Positions 18,705-28,003 are shown, counted from the first letter of the stretch. The stretch: 64,000 bases of DNA from Rubripirellula sp. (GCA_965216875.1 OZ244207.1:7232001-7296000), one strand, 5' to 3'. The notes: generated from the letters alone by a model not told the origin. Program-made: numbers and translations.

Positions 18705-19646
18705 CTATTTGTCAAAGAAGTAGAAGAACGCAGGCTGCGTTCCCACTTCCTCTTTCAAGACATACACACGCTTGTTTTCTAACAACCAGCGAATCTCTGA
18801 ATCAGGATCAAGGATGTTGCCAAACACGCGAGCACCCGTCGGGCAGGCTTCCAGGCAGGCTGGCAGACGGCCACGACGCGTGCGATGCAAACAGTAGGTG
18901 CATTTTTCGACGGCGCCTTGCGGTCGAATCCGATTGCTCAAATAGCTTTGATCCGGATTGACTTCCTCGGCAGGGACTTCAGGCTTTTTCCAGTTGAAGC
19001 GACGAGCGTGATAGGGACACGCCGCTTCACAGTAGCGACAACCGATGCACCAGTTGTAGTCGACCACAACGATGCCATCTTCCTCTTTCCAAGTTGCTTG
19101 CACCGGGCAAACATCAACGCAAGGTGGGTTGTCGCATTGTTGGCACTGGACCGGCAAATAGAACTTGTCTTCGGCGGGAACCGTATGATCGTAGGTCGTA
19201 TTCCCATGCTCCATGTCCATGGTCCCTTTGGGCATCTCCAGGACACGGATATAGGATTGGTTGGTCGCGCGGTCGTGGTTGTTTTCTTTGTGGCACGCTT
19301 CGACACATTTGCCGTTGCCGTTGCAAACGCTCAAATTGATCGCGTAGACGAACTTGGTTCCAGGGATGGGGCGATCGTCCGAGATCGTGACATCGGCCCC
19401 GTACTGCTCTTTCGTCTCTGCCTCGAGTCGAGCGATGACGGCTTTCTTGTCGTCATCACTGAGTTCCTGGTAATGCTGCTGCATGAACGCAGCCGCCGAG
19501 GTTTCTTTGGCCGCTTTGCGTAGTGGCGAGATGGCGCCGACGAAGGCCGCAGCGCCCAAGGTTGCGAAACCACCCTTGACCGCCGTGCGTCGTGTAACAA
19601 CGGGAAGCGAAGTGTCCGATGGCGATGGGCTCGACTCACTCATCAT
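18705..19646 (-). CDS. Tat-exported 4Fe-4S ferredoxin subunit (NrfC/DsrO type)
   Basis: TRRTAVKGG signal; CNGNGKCVEAC, CQQCDNPPCVDVCP, CIGCRYCEAACPY, KCTYC..PACLEACP. Confidence 0.92.
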   Translation of the reverse strand: MMSESSPSPSDTSLPVVTRRTAVKGGFATLGAAAFVGAISPLRKAAKETSAAAFMQQHYQELSDDDKKAVIARLEAETKEQYGADVTISDDRPIPGTKFVYAINLSVCNGNGKCVEACHKENNHDRATNQSYIRVLEMPKGTMDMEHGNTTYDHTVPAEDKFYLPVQCQQCDNPPCVDVCPVQATWKEEDGIVVVDYNWCIGCRYCEAACPYHARRFNWKKPEVPAEEVNPDQSYLSNRIRPQGAVEKCTYCLHRTRRGRLPACLEACPTGARVFGNILDPDSEIRWLLENKRVYVLKEEVGTQPAFFYFFDK

Positions 19647-20368
19647 TCCACCTCCTCGGTTGCGATCGCTTGATGGTCATCATGTGCTGGGCCGTGACTT
19701 GGCTCGAGGAACCGATCCTTTGGTTTAAACGTCGGTTGCATCGATGGAAACTGGGGTTGGTGAGGGTCATGGCAATCAACGCAGTTGTTGCGTGTTCGCG
19801 GACCACGGGTGAGATCCCAAAATCCATTCATGCCACCGTGACCACCATGTGCAAAATCACGAGCCTGTGGCCCATGGCACTGCGAACAAAGTGTCATCAC
19901 GTTCTCGTACTCGACACTGGTCCCGTCGGCCAAGTGAAGCGTGTCCATGTTTTCGGTGTTGTGGCAGGCATAGCATGTGATTTTGCCGTGATCGAATGGC
20001 ATGCCCTGATGAAACTCGTTCAGGTCCGCGGTGACTTTGTTGTCGCGATTGGGTGGACGAACGGTGTGACAAGTTGAACAGGCAATGCTTCCCGTTCGAC
20101 CCTGTGGATCGGCGTCGGTCAATTCGACGCGCGGCGGACCACTCGGCTTGCGGATCGTCGTTTCAAACGGCTGCGACGAATTGTCTTGAGAAGTTGCAGC
20201 GACTTGGTCGGCAGACGTTGAGATCAAGCGTCGAAGATGCTCGCCCTGTTCGGCGTCGTTTGCCTGGCTCGGATCGCTGGATGTCATCGCAACCGTCAGC
20301 AAACCAAGAGCAACCGAACCAACAACCCAAGGCAGGGCATGCATTTTCGCGATGCGAAGTCGGCTCAT
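19643..20368 (-). CDS. Tetrahaem c-type cytochrome
   Basis: N-terminal hydrophobic signal; CSTCH, CYACH, CSQCH, CVDCH; overlaps the start of the downstream gene. Confidence 0.9.
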   Translation of the reverse strand: MSRLRIAKMHALPWVVGSVALGLLTVAMTSSDPSQANDAEQGEHLRRLISTSADQVAATSQDNSSQPFETTIRKPSGPPRVELTDADPQGRTGSIACSTCHTVRPPNRDNKVTADLNEFHQGMPFDHGKITCYACHNTENMDTLHLADGTSVEYENVMTLCSQCHGPQARDFAHGGHGGMNGFWDLTRGPRTRNNCVDCHDPHQPQFPSMQPTFKPKDRFLEPSHGPAHDDHQAIATEEVE

Positions 20369-20491
20369 GCGAGAAGGCTCCCGTGAAGAGTTTTCGGCGT
20401 CAACGGGAGCGTTATGAAACGGCGGGCGTTTCGATTGTGTCGCTCTCGCGAAGCCTTGACGGGGAAGACCTTATCATTTCCTGATGCCAAT

Positions 20492-20549
20492 TCAAGAGTT
20501 ATTGGTCTTTTGTTCTTGATAAATTCGGACTAAACGATACGTTATCGTT
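20492..20549. promoter_or_regulatory. Candidate operator(s) in the AT-rich divergent promoter
   Basis: TCAAGA-N16-TCTTGA (20492-20519) and perfect AACGATA-cgt-TATCGTT (20533-20549) inverted repeats between the divergent operons. Confidence 0.4.
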
Positions 20550-20574
20550 CGATCCATCCTGGGAAAGGACCGTC

Positions 20575-20892
20575 ATGCCCGTCAGCGGACTCGTCGTATC
20601 TTTGGTCCCCGACCCATCGCAGCGCCGTGATGCGCTCGCGAAGATCGCTGCCCACGCGCGCATCGAAGTCGGCCAAGATGATGGACATTGCGTGGCGATC
20701 GTGACCGACACGCCTTCTGCCCAAGCCGACAAAGCGCTCTGGGACTGGATCTATCAAATCCCAGGTGTGATTCATCTCGAAGTTGCCTTTGTCGGTTTTG
20801 ACGAAGACGTTGATGAATCGACTCAATCGCAAACCAACCAACCATCGTGTCAACAAGGCATCTCGGACCAAGAGATGTCGATAGATAATTGA
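20575..20892 (+). CDS. napD: NapD chaperone
   Basis: MPVSGLVV..IEV..IPGVIHLEVAFV pattern, directly upstream of napA. Confidence 0.8.
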   Translation: MPVSGLVVSLVPDPSQRRDALAKIAAHARIEVGQDDGHCVAIVTDTPSAQADKALWDWIYQIPGVIHLEVAFVGFDEDVDESTQSQTNQPSCQQGISDQEMSIDN

Positions 20893-20908
20893 GCATAGGG
20901 TTTCAAAC

Positions 20909-23338
20909 ATGAATGCTGATCGTCGTTCGTTTTTGAAGGGAGCCGCGATGACTGCAGCGTCGGCTGCTGTGATCGCGAAACAAAAGACAGCTTCCGCTTT
21001 GCCAGTGATCCAGCCCGATACCGGACTAGGCGATGAAACCGATCTGACATGGAACAAGGCGCCTTGCCGCTTCTGTGGAACAGGTTGTCATGTTCAAGTT
21101 GGTGTACGCGACGGCCGCGTCGTCGCAATCGCTGGCGACAAGCATGCCGACGTCAACAAAGGGCTACTGTGCGTCAAGGGTTATCACGTTGGCGGAATCC
21201 TGTACGGCAAAGATCGCTTGACCAAGCCTTTGTTGCGCAAAGGAGATGGGTTCGAAGAGATCGGCTGGGATGAAGCCATCGACATCGTGGCTAAACGGAT
21301 TCATGCCGCCCCCGAGAAGTTCGCGATCTACGGATCGGGCCAATGGACGATTCCAGAAGGCTTTGCCGCTCAAAAATTCATGAAGGGCGGCTTAGGAAAC
21401 AACCACATTGACCCCAATGCGCGACTGTGCATGGCGTCTGCTGTGACCGGTTTCCTGGCGACCTACGGCGTTGACGAGCCAGCCGGTTGTTACGATGACC
21501 TGGATGAATGCGATGTGTTGATCACTTGGGGGAACAACCCTGCTGAAATGCACCCCGTGCTCTTTTCCCGCGTGATCGACCGACGCTCGCGTGGCGAAAA
21601 CGTGCGATTGATTGACATTGGAACGCGGCGCACGCGCACAACCGAGGCGGCCGACGATTTCCTGATGATGAAACCTCACGGTGACGTCGCGATCGCGCTG
21701 GGGATCATGCATTTGCTGATTGCCGACGGTACGTACGACAAGGATTTTGTTGAAGCTAACTGTGCCTTCCGCGCATTGCAGAGCGAAAACCCAACGCTGC
21801 AAGGCGAAGCGATCACCTTTGACGAATACAAAAAGCGAATCGCAAAATACACGCCCGAACATGTCGAAGAGCTGTCCGGGATTCCAGCTGACAAAATCCG
21901 AATGCTCGGCAAGTTGTTTGGCGATCGAAACGTTCGCATCACCAGTTTGTGGTGCATGGGGATGAATCAACACACGATGGGCACGGCGGTCAACTCGCTC
22001 GTCCATGGTGTGCATTTCTTGAGTGGGCACTTTGGCAAACCAGGCGATTCCCCAACCAGTTTGACGGGGCAACCGTCGGCATGTGGCACGGTTCGCGAAG
22101 TGGGGACGCTCGCACATGCCCTTCCCGGTGGCCGGCTCGTTGCGAAAGAAGAGCACCGCCAACATTGCGAAGACTTTTGGAACGTTCCACGCGGTCGCAT
22201 CAACCCGAAGCCGGGTTATCACACCGTGAAGATGTTCGACCAGTTCACCAAGTCGGCCGAGGATGGGGGCGACATCGACACCATGTTTGTCCAGGTGACC
22301 AACCCCGGCCAGACGCTGCCGAACTTGAACAAGCTCTTTAACGACAAAGCGAATCTTAAAGACAAATTCCTGATCGTTGCCGATGTCTACCCAACCGCGA
22401 CAACGGAACTGGCCGATTTGATTTTGCCTGCCGCGATGTGGGTCGAAAAGAATGGCATTTACGGCAACTCCGAACGTCGCACCCAACAGTGGTTCAAAAT
22501 GGTGGATCCGCCGGGCGAGGCTCGTGACGACTGCTGGATCACCATTGCGATCGCCCATCGATTGATGGAACTTGGCCACGAGGGCATGAAGGACAAAGAT
22601 GGCAAGTTTCTGTTCCACGTCGAAGACGACGAAGGCAACGAAGTGCCGATTTGGGAGTGGGAACACTACTACGACGTCAATGTCGACAAGGCGATCTTTG
22701 AAGAGTATCGCCAGTTCGGCCTCATGAAGCACAAGAACCTGGCACCGTACGACGAGTACGTCAAAGCACGCGGACTGCGATGGCCGGTCGTCGAGCAAGA
22801 AGATGGTTCGTGGCGCGAAACGAAGTTCCGTTTTGCAGCGTTTGATGATCCCTTTGTTGCCGAAGGTCGCGACATCGAGTTCTACCACTCGACTTCGGGC
22901 GACGGACGCGGACAGGTCTGGTTCCACGAATACGAACCTCCCGCCGAACAGCCTGACGGCGAATTCCCCTTCTGGTTGTGTACCGGCCGTGTGCTCGAAC
23001 ACTGGCACACAGGGACGATGACTCGGCGTATCGGTCAATTGAATCGATCGATGCCAACCGCTTACGTCGAAGTCCACCCCGAAGATGCCGAGCAGCTCAA
23101 TCTTCGGCAAGGCGAAATGGTGATCGTCGAATCGAGGCGAGGGACTGTAAAGCTTCCGGTTTGGATCGATGGCCGTGGCCAACCGCCAAAGGGAACGATC
23201 TTTGTGCCGTTCTTTGACGAGGTGAAGCTGATCAACAACGTGACGATCGACGCGATTGATCCCTTCTCAAAACAGCCTGATTACAAAAAGTGTGCGGCGA
23301 GGATTCGTCGAATTGGCAGTGAGGTGGCGGCCGGATGA
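20909..23338 (+). CDS. napA: Periplasmic nitrate reductase catalytic subunit
   Basis: RRSFLK Tat signal; KAPCRFCGTGC, NKGLLCVKG, GSGQWT, NARLCMASAV, SLTGQPSACGTVREVG, TGRVLEHWH, DPFSKQPDYKKCA. Confidence 0.97.
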   Translation: MNADRRSFLKGAAMTAASAAVIAKQKTASALPVIQPDTGLGDETDLTWNKAPCRFCGTGCHVQVGVRDGRVVAIAGDKHADVNKGLLCVKGYHVGGILYGKDRLTKPLLRKGDGFEEIGWDEAIDIVAKRIHAAPEKFAIYGSGQWTIPEGFAAQKFMKGGLGNNHIDPNARLCMASAVTGFLATYGVDEPAGCYDDLDECDVLITWGNNPAEMHPVLFSRVIDRRSRGENVRLIDIGTRRTRTTEAADDFLMMKPHGDVAIALGIMHLLIADGTYDKDFVEANCAFRALQSENPTLQGEAITFDEYKKRIAKYTPEHVEELSGIPADKIRMLGKLFGDRNVRITSLWCMGMNQHTMGTAVNSLVHGVHFLSGHFGKPGDSPTSLTGQPSACGTVREVGTLAHALPGGRLVAKEEHRQHCEDFWNVPRGRINPKPGYHTVKMFDQFTKSAEDGGDIDTMFVQVTNPGQTLPNLNKLFNDKANLKDKFLIVADVYPTATTELADLILPAAMWVEKNGIYGNSERRTQQWFKMVDPPGEARDDCWITIAIAHRLMELGHEGMKDKDGKFLFHVEDDEGNEVPIWEWEHYYDVNVDKAIFEEYRQFGLMKHKNLAPYDEYVKARGLRWPVVEQEDGSWRETKFRFAAFDDPFVAEGRDIEFYHSTSGDGRGQVWFHEYEPPAEQPDGEFPFWLCTGRVLEHWHTGTMTRRIGQLNRSMPTAYVEVHPEDAEQLNLRQGEMVIVESRRGTVKLPVWIDGRGQPPKGTIFVPFFDEVKLINNVTIDAIDPFSKQPDYKKCAARIRRIGSEVAAG

Positions 23339-24186
23339 GCGATCAAACAAGTCAATCCACGGGAAAGGGTTCGGCGGGACGAGCGACAACGTTGTTCCTT
23401 GTCGGCGTGATCGGCGTTGCCGTCGTCGGCTACTGCGTGGGGATCACTGACGGGGTTCCCGAAGCTGGGCTCGAAACAGCAAGCCAAAACGACACACTCA
23501 AGCCGGACGCGCAAGTCGAAGGGGGCGCGGGACAAGTCATTCCCGCAACCACGTACGCGATGATGCGCCGAACAGATGATCGGATTGCTGCTGGCAAACC
23601 AACATCAATCAAGACGATTCCCCAGCCCGAATATGATCTGTTCGCCGAGATCAAGCCGAGCGAAGCGGACAAAGCTCGTTCGACCGAGACGCGGGCGTCG
23701 CGGCGGCATTTCAACGGCGCTCCTCCCATCATCCCGCATGCGGTGGAAAAGACGAGCGATGCTGCATGCTATGCCTGTCACGGGAACGGCTTGAAAATTG
23801 GTGACCGAGTGGCCGGGAAGATGTCACATGGTTTCCTCGCCAATTGTTTGCAATGCCACGCACCGCCGACACCGCAGATCTTTGCCTCCTTTGATTTGGA
23901 AGTGCAAACCGACTTTGTCGGGTTGGCTGCACCCATGAAAGGTGATCGTGCCTTCCCTGGCGCACCGCCGACCATTCCCCACTCAACGTGGATGCGGCAA
24001 GATTGTTTGTCTTGTCACGGTGGGACAACGGTCTGGTCAGGTTTTCAGTCGACGCATCCTTGGCGCGTCGCTTGCAAACAGTGTCACGCTCCGTCGGCAT
24101 CACTGAATCAATCACCGATGCTCGAAGTCGGTTTCGTCCCTGGACCTTCGGTTGCAACCTCACCATCCCAGGACACCAGTGAATGA
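23335..24186 (+). CDS. napB: NapB-like cytochrome c subunit, duplicated (four haem motifs)
   Basis: GAPPIIPH..CYACH..CLQCH then GAPPTIPH..CLSCH..CKQCH; ATGA overlap with napA. Confidence 0.88.
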   Translation: MSDQTSQSTGKGSAGRATTLFLVGVIGVAVVGYCVGITDGVPEAGLETASQNDTLKPDAQVEGGAGQVIPATTYAMMRRTDDRIAAGKPTSIKTIPQPEYDLFAEIKPSEADKARSTETRASRRHFNGAPPIIPHAVEKTSDAACYACHGNGLKIGDRVAGKMSHGFLANCLQCHAPPTPQIFASFDLEVQTDFVGLAAPMKGDRAFPGAPPTIPHSTWMRQDCLSCHGGTTVWSGFQSTHPWRVACKQCHAPSASLNQSPMLEVGFVPGPSVATSPSQDTSE

Positions 24187-24827
24187 ACCGGCGCGGCATC
24201 TCCCGACGCGATTTTGTCAAAGGTCGTTTTTGGCGTTGGTCTGCCGAGAACGAAAAACTTCGCAAAGAGGGGATGCGTTATCCGGTTAAATCGACCGACG
24301 TCGGCATCAAAGAGATGCCAGCCGTTGGGCCGCCTCCGGTCAATCGCGCTGCATTGATTCCCGTGCTTCGACCACCCGGCGCGGTCGAAGAATCCGCATT
24401 CCTCGATGGCTGCACGCGGTGCAACGAATGCGCCAGTGCCTGTCCACACGATGCCATTCGTCCGGCGCCCGAGCGTATGCGTGCAGCTGCCGGGACGCCG
24501 ATGCTTGTTCCCGAGGTATCGCCATGCCTGATGTGCGAAGATTATCCGTGCATTGCAGCTTGTGAGCCGAAAGTGCTTCGCGCGGACCTTCCCAAAATGA
24601 TGGGGACCGCGGTGATTACCGCGCACCTGTGTGTTGCCCATCACGGAACACAGTGCGACACTTGCCAAAACGAGTGTCCCGTCGACGGGGCAATCGAACT
24701 CAAAGACGGCAAGCCGGTTGTCAACGAGAACCAGTGCACGGGGTGTGGGGTCTGTCGTTATGTTTGCCCTGCGCCCGAAAATGCAATCCTACTGATGCCC
24801 ACCTTTGTACGGCCAATGCCGAGCTAA
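24183..24827 (+). CDS. NapG/MauM- or NapF-like ferredoxin
   Basis: LRPPGA; CTRCNECASAC, CLMCEDYPCIAAC, C..CDTCQNECP, CTGCGVCRYVCP. Confidence 0.88.
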   Translation: MNRRGISRRDFVKGRFWRWSAENEKLRKEGMRYPVKSTDVGIKEMPAVGPPPVNRAALIPVLRPPGAVEESAFLDGCTRCNECASACPHDAIRPAPERMRAAAGTPMLVPEVSPCLMCEDYPCIAACEPKVLRADLPKMMGTAVITAHLCVAHHGTQCDTCQNECPVDGAIELKDGKPVVNENQCTGCGVCRYVCPAPENAILLMPTFVRPMPS

Positions 24828-24846
24828 ACTTGCGCGATCTTCATTG

Positions 24847-25137
24847 ATGGACGAACCAGAAACCGAACTACCCGATCTGCTGCAAGCTGAATGGCCACCC
24901 GAGCAGGTTGAACAGCTTTTCAATGACCTCGAGGCAGGGGCTGAAGTGCAGCATGTTCAGGTGCGCACGGCTGCCGCGGATTCAAAGACGACGTTGGCCG
25001 AGGCTTTGAAGTTGCTGCAATCGAGCGAAGCCAAGATGGTCCAAGTTCGTTATCGCTTCGAAGGGGCAACCTGGTGCGACACACTGATGCCGCTGGGTGA
25101 ATTGACGCGAATCGTTCGTTCGCAGTTGCCCGAATGA
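24847..25137 (+). CDS. Small acidic hypothetical protein at the end of the nap operon
   Basis: ATG 19 nt after the ferredoxin stop; 96 aa; VQVRYRFEGATWCDTL. Confidence 0.7.
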   Translation: MDEPETELPDLLQAEWPPEQVEQLFNDLEAGAEVQHVQVRTAAADSKTTLAEALKLLQSSEAKMVQVRYRFEGATWCDTLMPLGELTRIVRSQLPE

Positions 25138-25143
25138 AATGCC

Positions 25144-25183
25144 TGCCGGATCAGCGTCGCTGTCGCTCCTTGATCCGGCCTAC
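25144..25183 (-). repeat. GTAG-type REP-like palindrome (family C)
   Basis: Reverse complement GTAGGCCGGATCAAGGAGCGACAGCGACGCTGATCCGGCA nearly matches 61023-61062; lies between convergent genes. Confidence 0.8.
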
Positions 25184-25201
25184 TCTTGATCCGGCGTGCT
25201 C

Positions 25202-26107
25202 TTAGAGTGTTCCTTCGGCAGCTTGGCCACATTGGGCCGCTTCGACGCAGCGTTCGACTTGAATCGTGCTGTGCGTGATCTCGAATTGATGGTGCAGTTC
25301 GTCGCTTGCGCGGCACAGTAGTTCGTCGTCGTTCCCGACTTCGGGGATCACCAAGTGTGCGGTTAGCGCCACTTCGGTCGTGCTGACTGCCCAGACGTGA
25401 AGGTCATGGACTTCAGCAACCCCGGGCAAACTTTCCAAATAGGTTTGCACATCAGGCAGGTGAATGTCCTTGGGGACGGCCTGCATTGCCAACGCAAAGG
25501 ATTCGCGAAACAAGTCCCAAGTGGAAAACAGAATCACCGCTGCAATGATCAAGCTGGTGACGGGATCGACCCAGAACCAATCGGTCAGCATGATAATCAC
25601 GCCTGCGATCACCACACCCAATGACAGCAGCGCGTCGGCGGCCATGTGCAGGTAGGCGCCGCGAATGTTCAAATCGTGTTTTCGACCACGCATGAAAAGC
25701 AACGCTGTTGCGGTGTTGATCACCACTCCGATCATCGCGACCGTGATCACCACCGGCGCAGCCACCTCGGTTGGGCTCGACAGTCGCCGGACCGCTTCCC
25801 AGGCGATTCCGCCGACGGCGAACAGCAACAGCAAGGCGTTGAAGAGCGCAGCGAGGATCGTTGACGCTCGCCACCCGTAGGTTCGGTTCTCACTTGGCGC
25901 GACTTTCGCCAGGGCGTAACCACCCCAAGCCATCAAGAGGCCGAGCACGTCACTGAGGTTGTGCCCCGCATCGGCCAAAAGGGCGAGCGAGCCGACCCAC
26001 CAACCGTACGAGGCTTCGATGATGACGAAGCCAACGTTGAGTAGGACGCCGATCGCGAACGCACGGCCATAGTTGGTTGGAGCGGGATGGTGTGCGCACT
26101 GATGCAT
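25202..26107 (-). CDS. Cation diffusion facilitator (CzcD/ZitB-like) Zn/Co/Cd transporter
   Basis: SLALLADAGHNLSD, DLNIRGAYLHMAAD, VHDLHVW, HSTIQVE. Confidence 0.93.
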   Translation of the reverse strand: MHQCAHHPAPTNYGRAFAIGVLLNVGFVIIEASYGWWVGSLALLADAGHNLSDVLGLLMAWGGYALAKVAPSENRTYGWRASTILAALFNALLLLFAVGGIAWEAVRRLSSPTEVAAPVVITVAMIGVVINTATALLFMRGRKHDLNIRGAYLHMAADALLSLGVVIAGVIIMLTDWFWVDPVTSLIIAAVILFSTWDLFRESFALAMQAVPKDIHLPDVQTYLESLPGVAEVHDLHVWAVSTTEVALTAHLVIPEVGNDDELLCRASDELHHQFEITHSTIQVERCVEAAQCGQAAEGTL

Positions 26108-26188
26108 GGGTGGGCCGCAATGGGGCAGCGACGGATGGGCAGCAAAGCGAGTGAACTGCGACCGCGCCAAGATACACCCATGCGTGCG

Positions 26189-26521
26189 TCAATGGCTACG
26201 CCGATCCGATGCCTCGGAGGCCAGTGTTGGGCGGTCCGGTATCGGCTGGGGACGCTCGTCGTGAAACAGCCCTAGGAAAGAGTCCTGGCTCGACTGAAAA
26301 CGAACGATGTCGGTTTCACCACCGTTTGCGGTCAGTTCGAAAACTACCGTTCCGGTGATCCACGCCATCGAGATCCAAATCGCAGCTACGATTTGCCGGC
26401 GAAGCCTTGTCACCGGTTTGTTGGTGGTCATGATCGCGCCGGCTGACGCATCAACCAGCACAGGATCAGGCGCAGCCGAATCGTTTTCTCGACTCAGCGC
26501 GTCGGATGAACTCGGATTCAT
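26189..26521 (-). CDS. Small hypothetical single-TM protein
   Basis: One hydrophobic segment; TAGAAT -10-like hexamer on the minus strand at 26564-26569; fills an otherwise empty gap. Confidence 0.4.
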   Translation of the reverse strand: MNPSSSDALSRENDSAAPDPVLVDASAGAIMTTNKPVTRLRRQIVAAIWISMAWITGTVVFELTANGGETDIVRFQSSQDSFLGLFHDERPQPIPDRPTLASEASDRRSH

Positions 26522-26735
26522 ATCAATCCCCCGTCGCTTGTGGCTCGAATGTGGAGCAGGCGGATTCTATCGCGAGCCACTTGAAGCTCGATTTGGAATC
26601 AATCGAGATTGCGACATTCCTCAGTTCGCAGTATCGGTCGCTCGGGTTATTGCAAATAAGCAACAACCGCAATTGGCGCCGATCGCTCAGCCTACCGGAC
26701 ACGCCAAAAGCGACAATCGTTACAGCTTCAAGCGG

Positions 26736-27797
26736 CTAGTTGCCGAAACGCGAATGCGGGTTGATCGGCTCACTCGCTCCGTTGAGAGCTCCGATGTAGG
26801 TCGACGCCAACCGAAAGATCAAGAAGATCAACAATCCCATGACGATGACGCGAATCAGGACGGTGGCCGTACCGGCGAGAACCTTGATGGCTCGCCGTGC
26901 ACGTTCTTCGTATTCACGCGTTAGAAACTCAATCGACTCGGCGTCGGTTCCCGAGTGTTCGGCGACTTCGATCCGCTGCAAGAACTCTTTCGGAAACAAC
27001 GATGTCGCTTTCAGCATGCCGGTCAATGTGGCCCCGTTTCGAACCGCAGTTTCTGCGTCACGGGATCCACTTCGGTAGTAGTCACTTGCCGTGCTGTCGA
27101 GCGACAGGTTGACCGATCGGATCGGATCGAGCCCCGACCCAAGTGAAAGTGAAAGTGTCCAACAGAAACGCGAAAGCGTGATCGTTTGGATCGAGGGCCC
27201 AACAACGGGAATGGCGTAGACAAACGGTGCGAGGTTATGGATGCCGCCCAAATTTCGCATGTAGCCCCAAATCAGGAACGCAAGCAGGCCGCCGACCAAG
27301 GCGATGTAGAACCAAAACCAGAGGACGCCGTTGGGTCCGGTCAACCCAAACCCGAGAATGTCGTCCATCGGTCCACCGGTACCTGAGGACAGAATTCCAA
27401 GCAGGAGAATCAGGATCGAAACAATGCCGATACCAGCAACCAATTGCAGCGCCGGCCAACTGATCGAGTTGATGAACCACCGCCGCGTGTCTTGCTGCTG
27501 TTGGTAGTGTTTACAGAGTGTTAATAGGGTGTGTTCGAGTTTTCCCGTCTCCTCGCCGACGCGCACCATGGCAGCCATCAACCGGGGGAAGTAGGGGTTG
27601 CAGGCCATCAAGTCACTCATTTGTTCGCCGGCTTTGACACCGTCAACCAAATGATTCACGGCCGCTCGGTGTGCCGAATTCCCCTGGGATGCTTCGCTGC
27701 GCAACAATTTCATCATGTCGGCACCGGCACCCAGGCCAGTTCCCATGCGATGGCAAAAGTCGATCGCCATCTTCAATCTCATACGCGACGAAAACAC
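26736..27797 (-). CDS. Type II secretion system F / PilC family inner membrane protein
   Basis: FPRLMAAMVRVGEETGKLE, two repeated cytoplasmic domains, three TM segments. Confidence 0.9.
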   Translation of the reverse strand: MFSSRMRLKMAIDFCHRMGTGLGAGADMMKLLRSEASQGNSAHRAAVNHLVDGVKAGEQMSDLMACNPYFPRLMAAMVRVGEETGKLEHTLLTLCKHYQQQQDTRRWFINSISWPALQLVAGIGIVSILILLLGILSSGTGGPMDDILGFGLTGPNGVLWFWFYIALVGGLLAFLIWGYMRNLGGIHNLAPFVYAIPVVGPSIQTITLSRFCWTLSLSLGSGLDPIRSVNLSLDSTASDYYRSGSRDAETAVRNGATLTGMLKATSLFPKEFLQRIEVAEHSGTDAESIEFLTREYEERARRAIKVLAGTATVLIRVIVMGLLIFLIFRLASTYIGALNGASEPINPHSRFGN

Positions 27798-27911
27798 AGC
27801 TGGTATACGCCCTTGAGGTCGAGCAAATCGAAAAGAATCCCTAAATCAGACAATTCGATTATAGCTGTGATTGACCGAAAACGGGACCAAAGTTGATTCC
27901 TTGCCGCGCGA

Positions 27912-27939
27912 GGTGAGCCGAACGCGCTAGCGTCGGGCC
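27912..27939 (+). repeat. TGAGCCG-type REP-like repeat (family A)
   Basis: GGTGAGCCGAACGCGCTAGCGTCGGGCC; copies at 52569-52596, 54500-54526 and 57702-57729. Confidence 0.85.
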
Positions 27940-28003
27940 TCACACTTTCGTCGTCACCCACACCAGAGCGTGGTGGTAGCGGAAAGCGATTTGGCGTTGG
28001 GAA

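Noticed and set aside
17361..19646. DsrOP-like genes as evidence of sulfate reduction or sulfur oxidation
   Set aside because: No dsrAB or dsrMKJ in the window; these families serve many redox complexes and the context here is nap.
20516..20529. FNR box upstream of napD
   Set aside because: Only the TTGAT half-site is present; the other half reads TCGGA, not ATCAA.
21392..23182. 596-aa minus-strand ORF
   Set aside because: Antisense shadow of napA caused by codon bias.
26736..27797. GspF/PilC gene as part of a secretion or pilus locus
   Set aside because: No other T2SS or pilus genes are adjacent; it is a dispersed paralogue.
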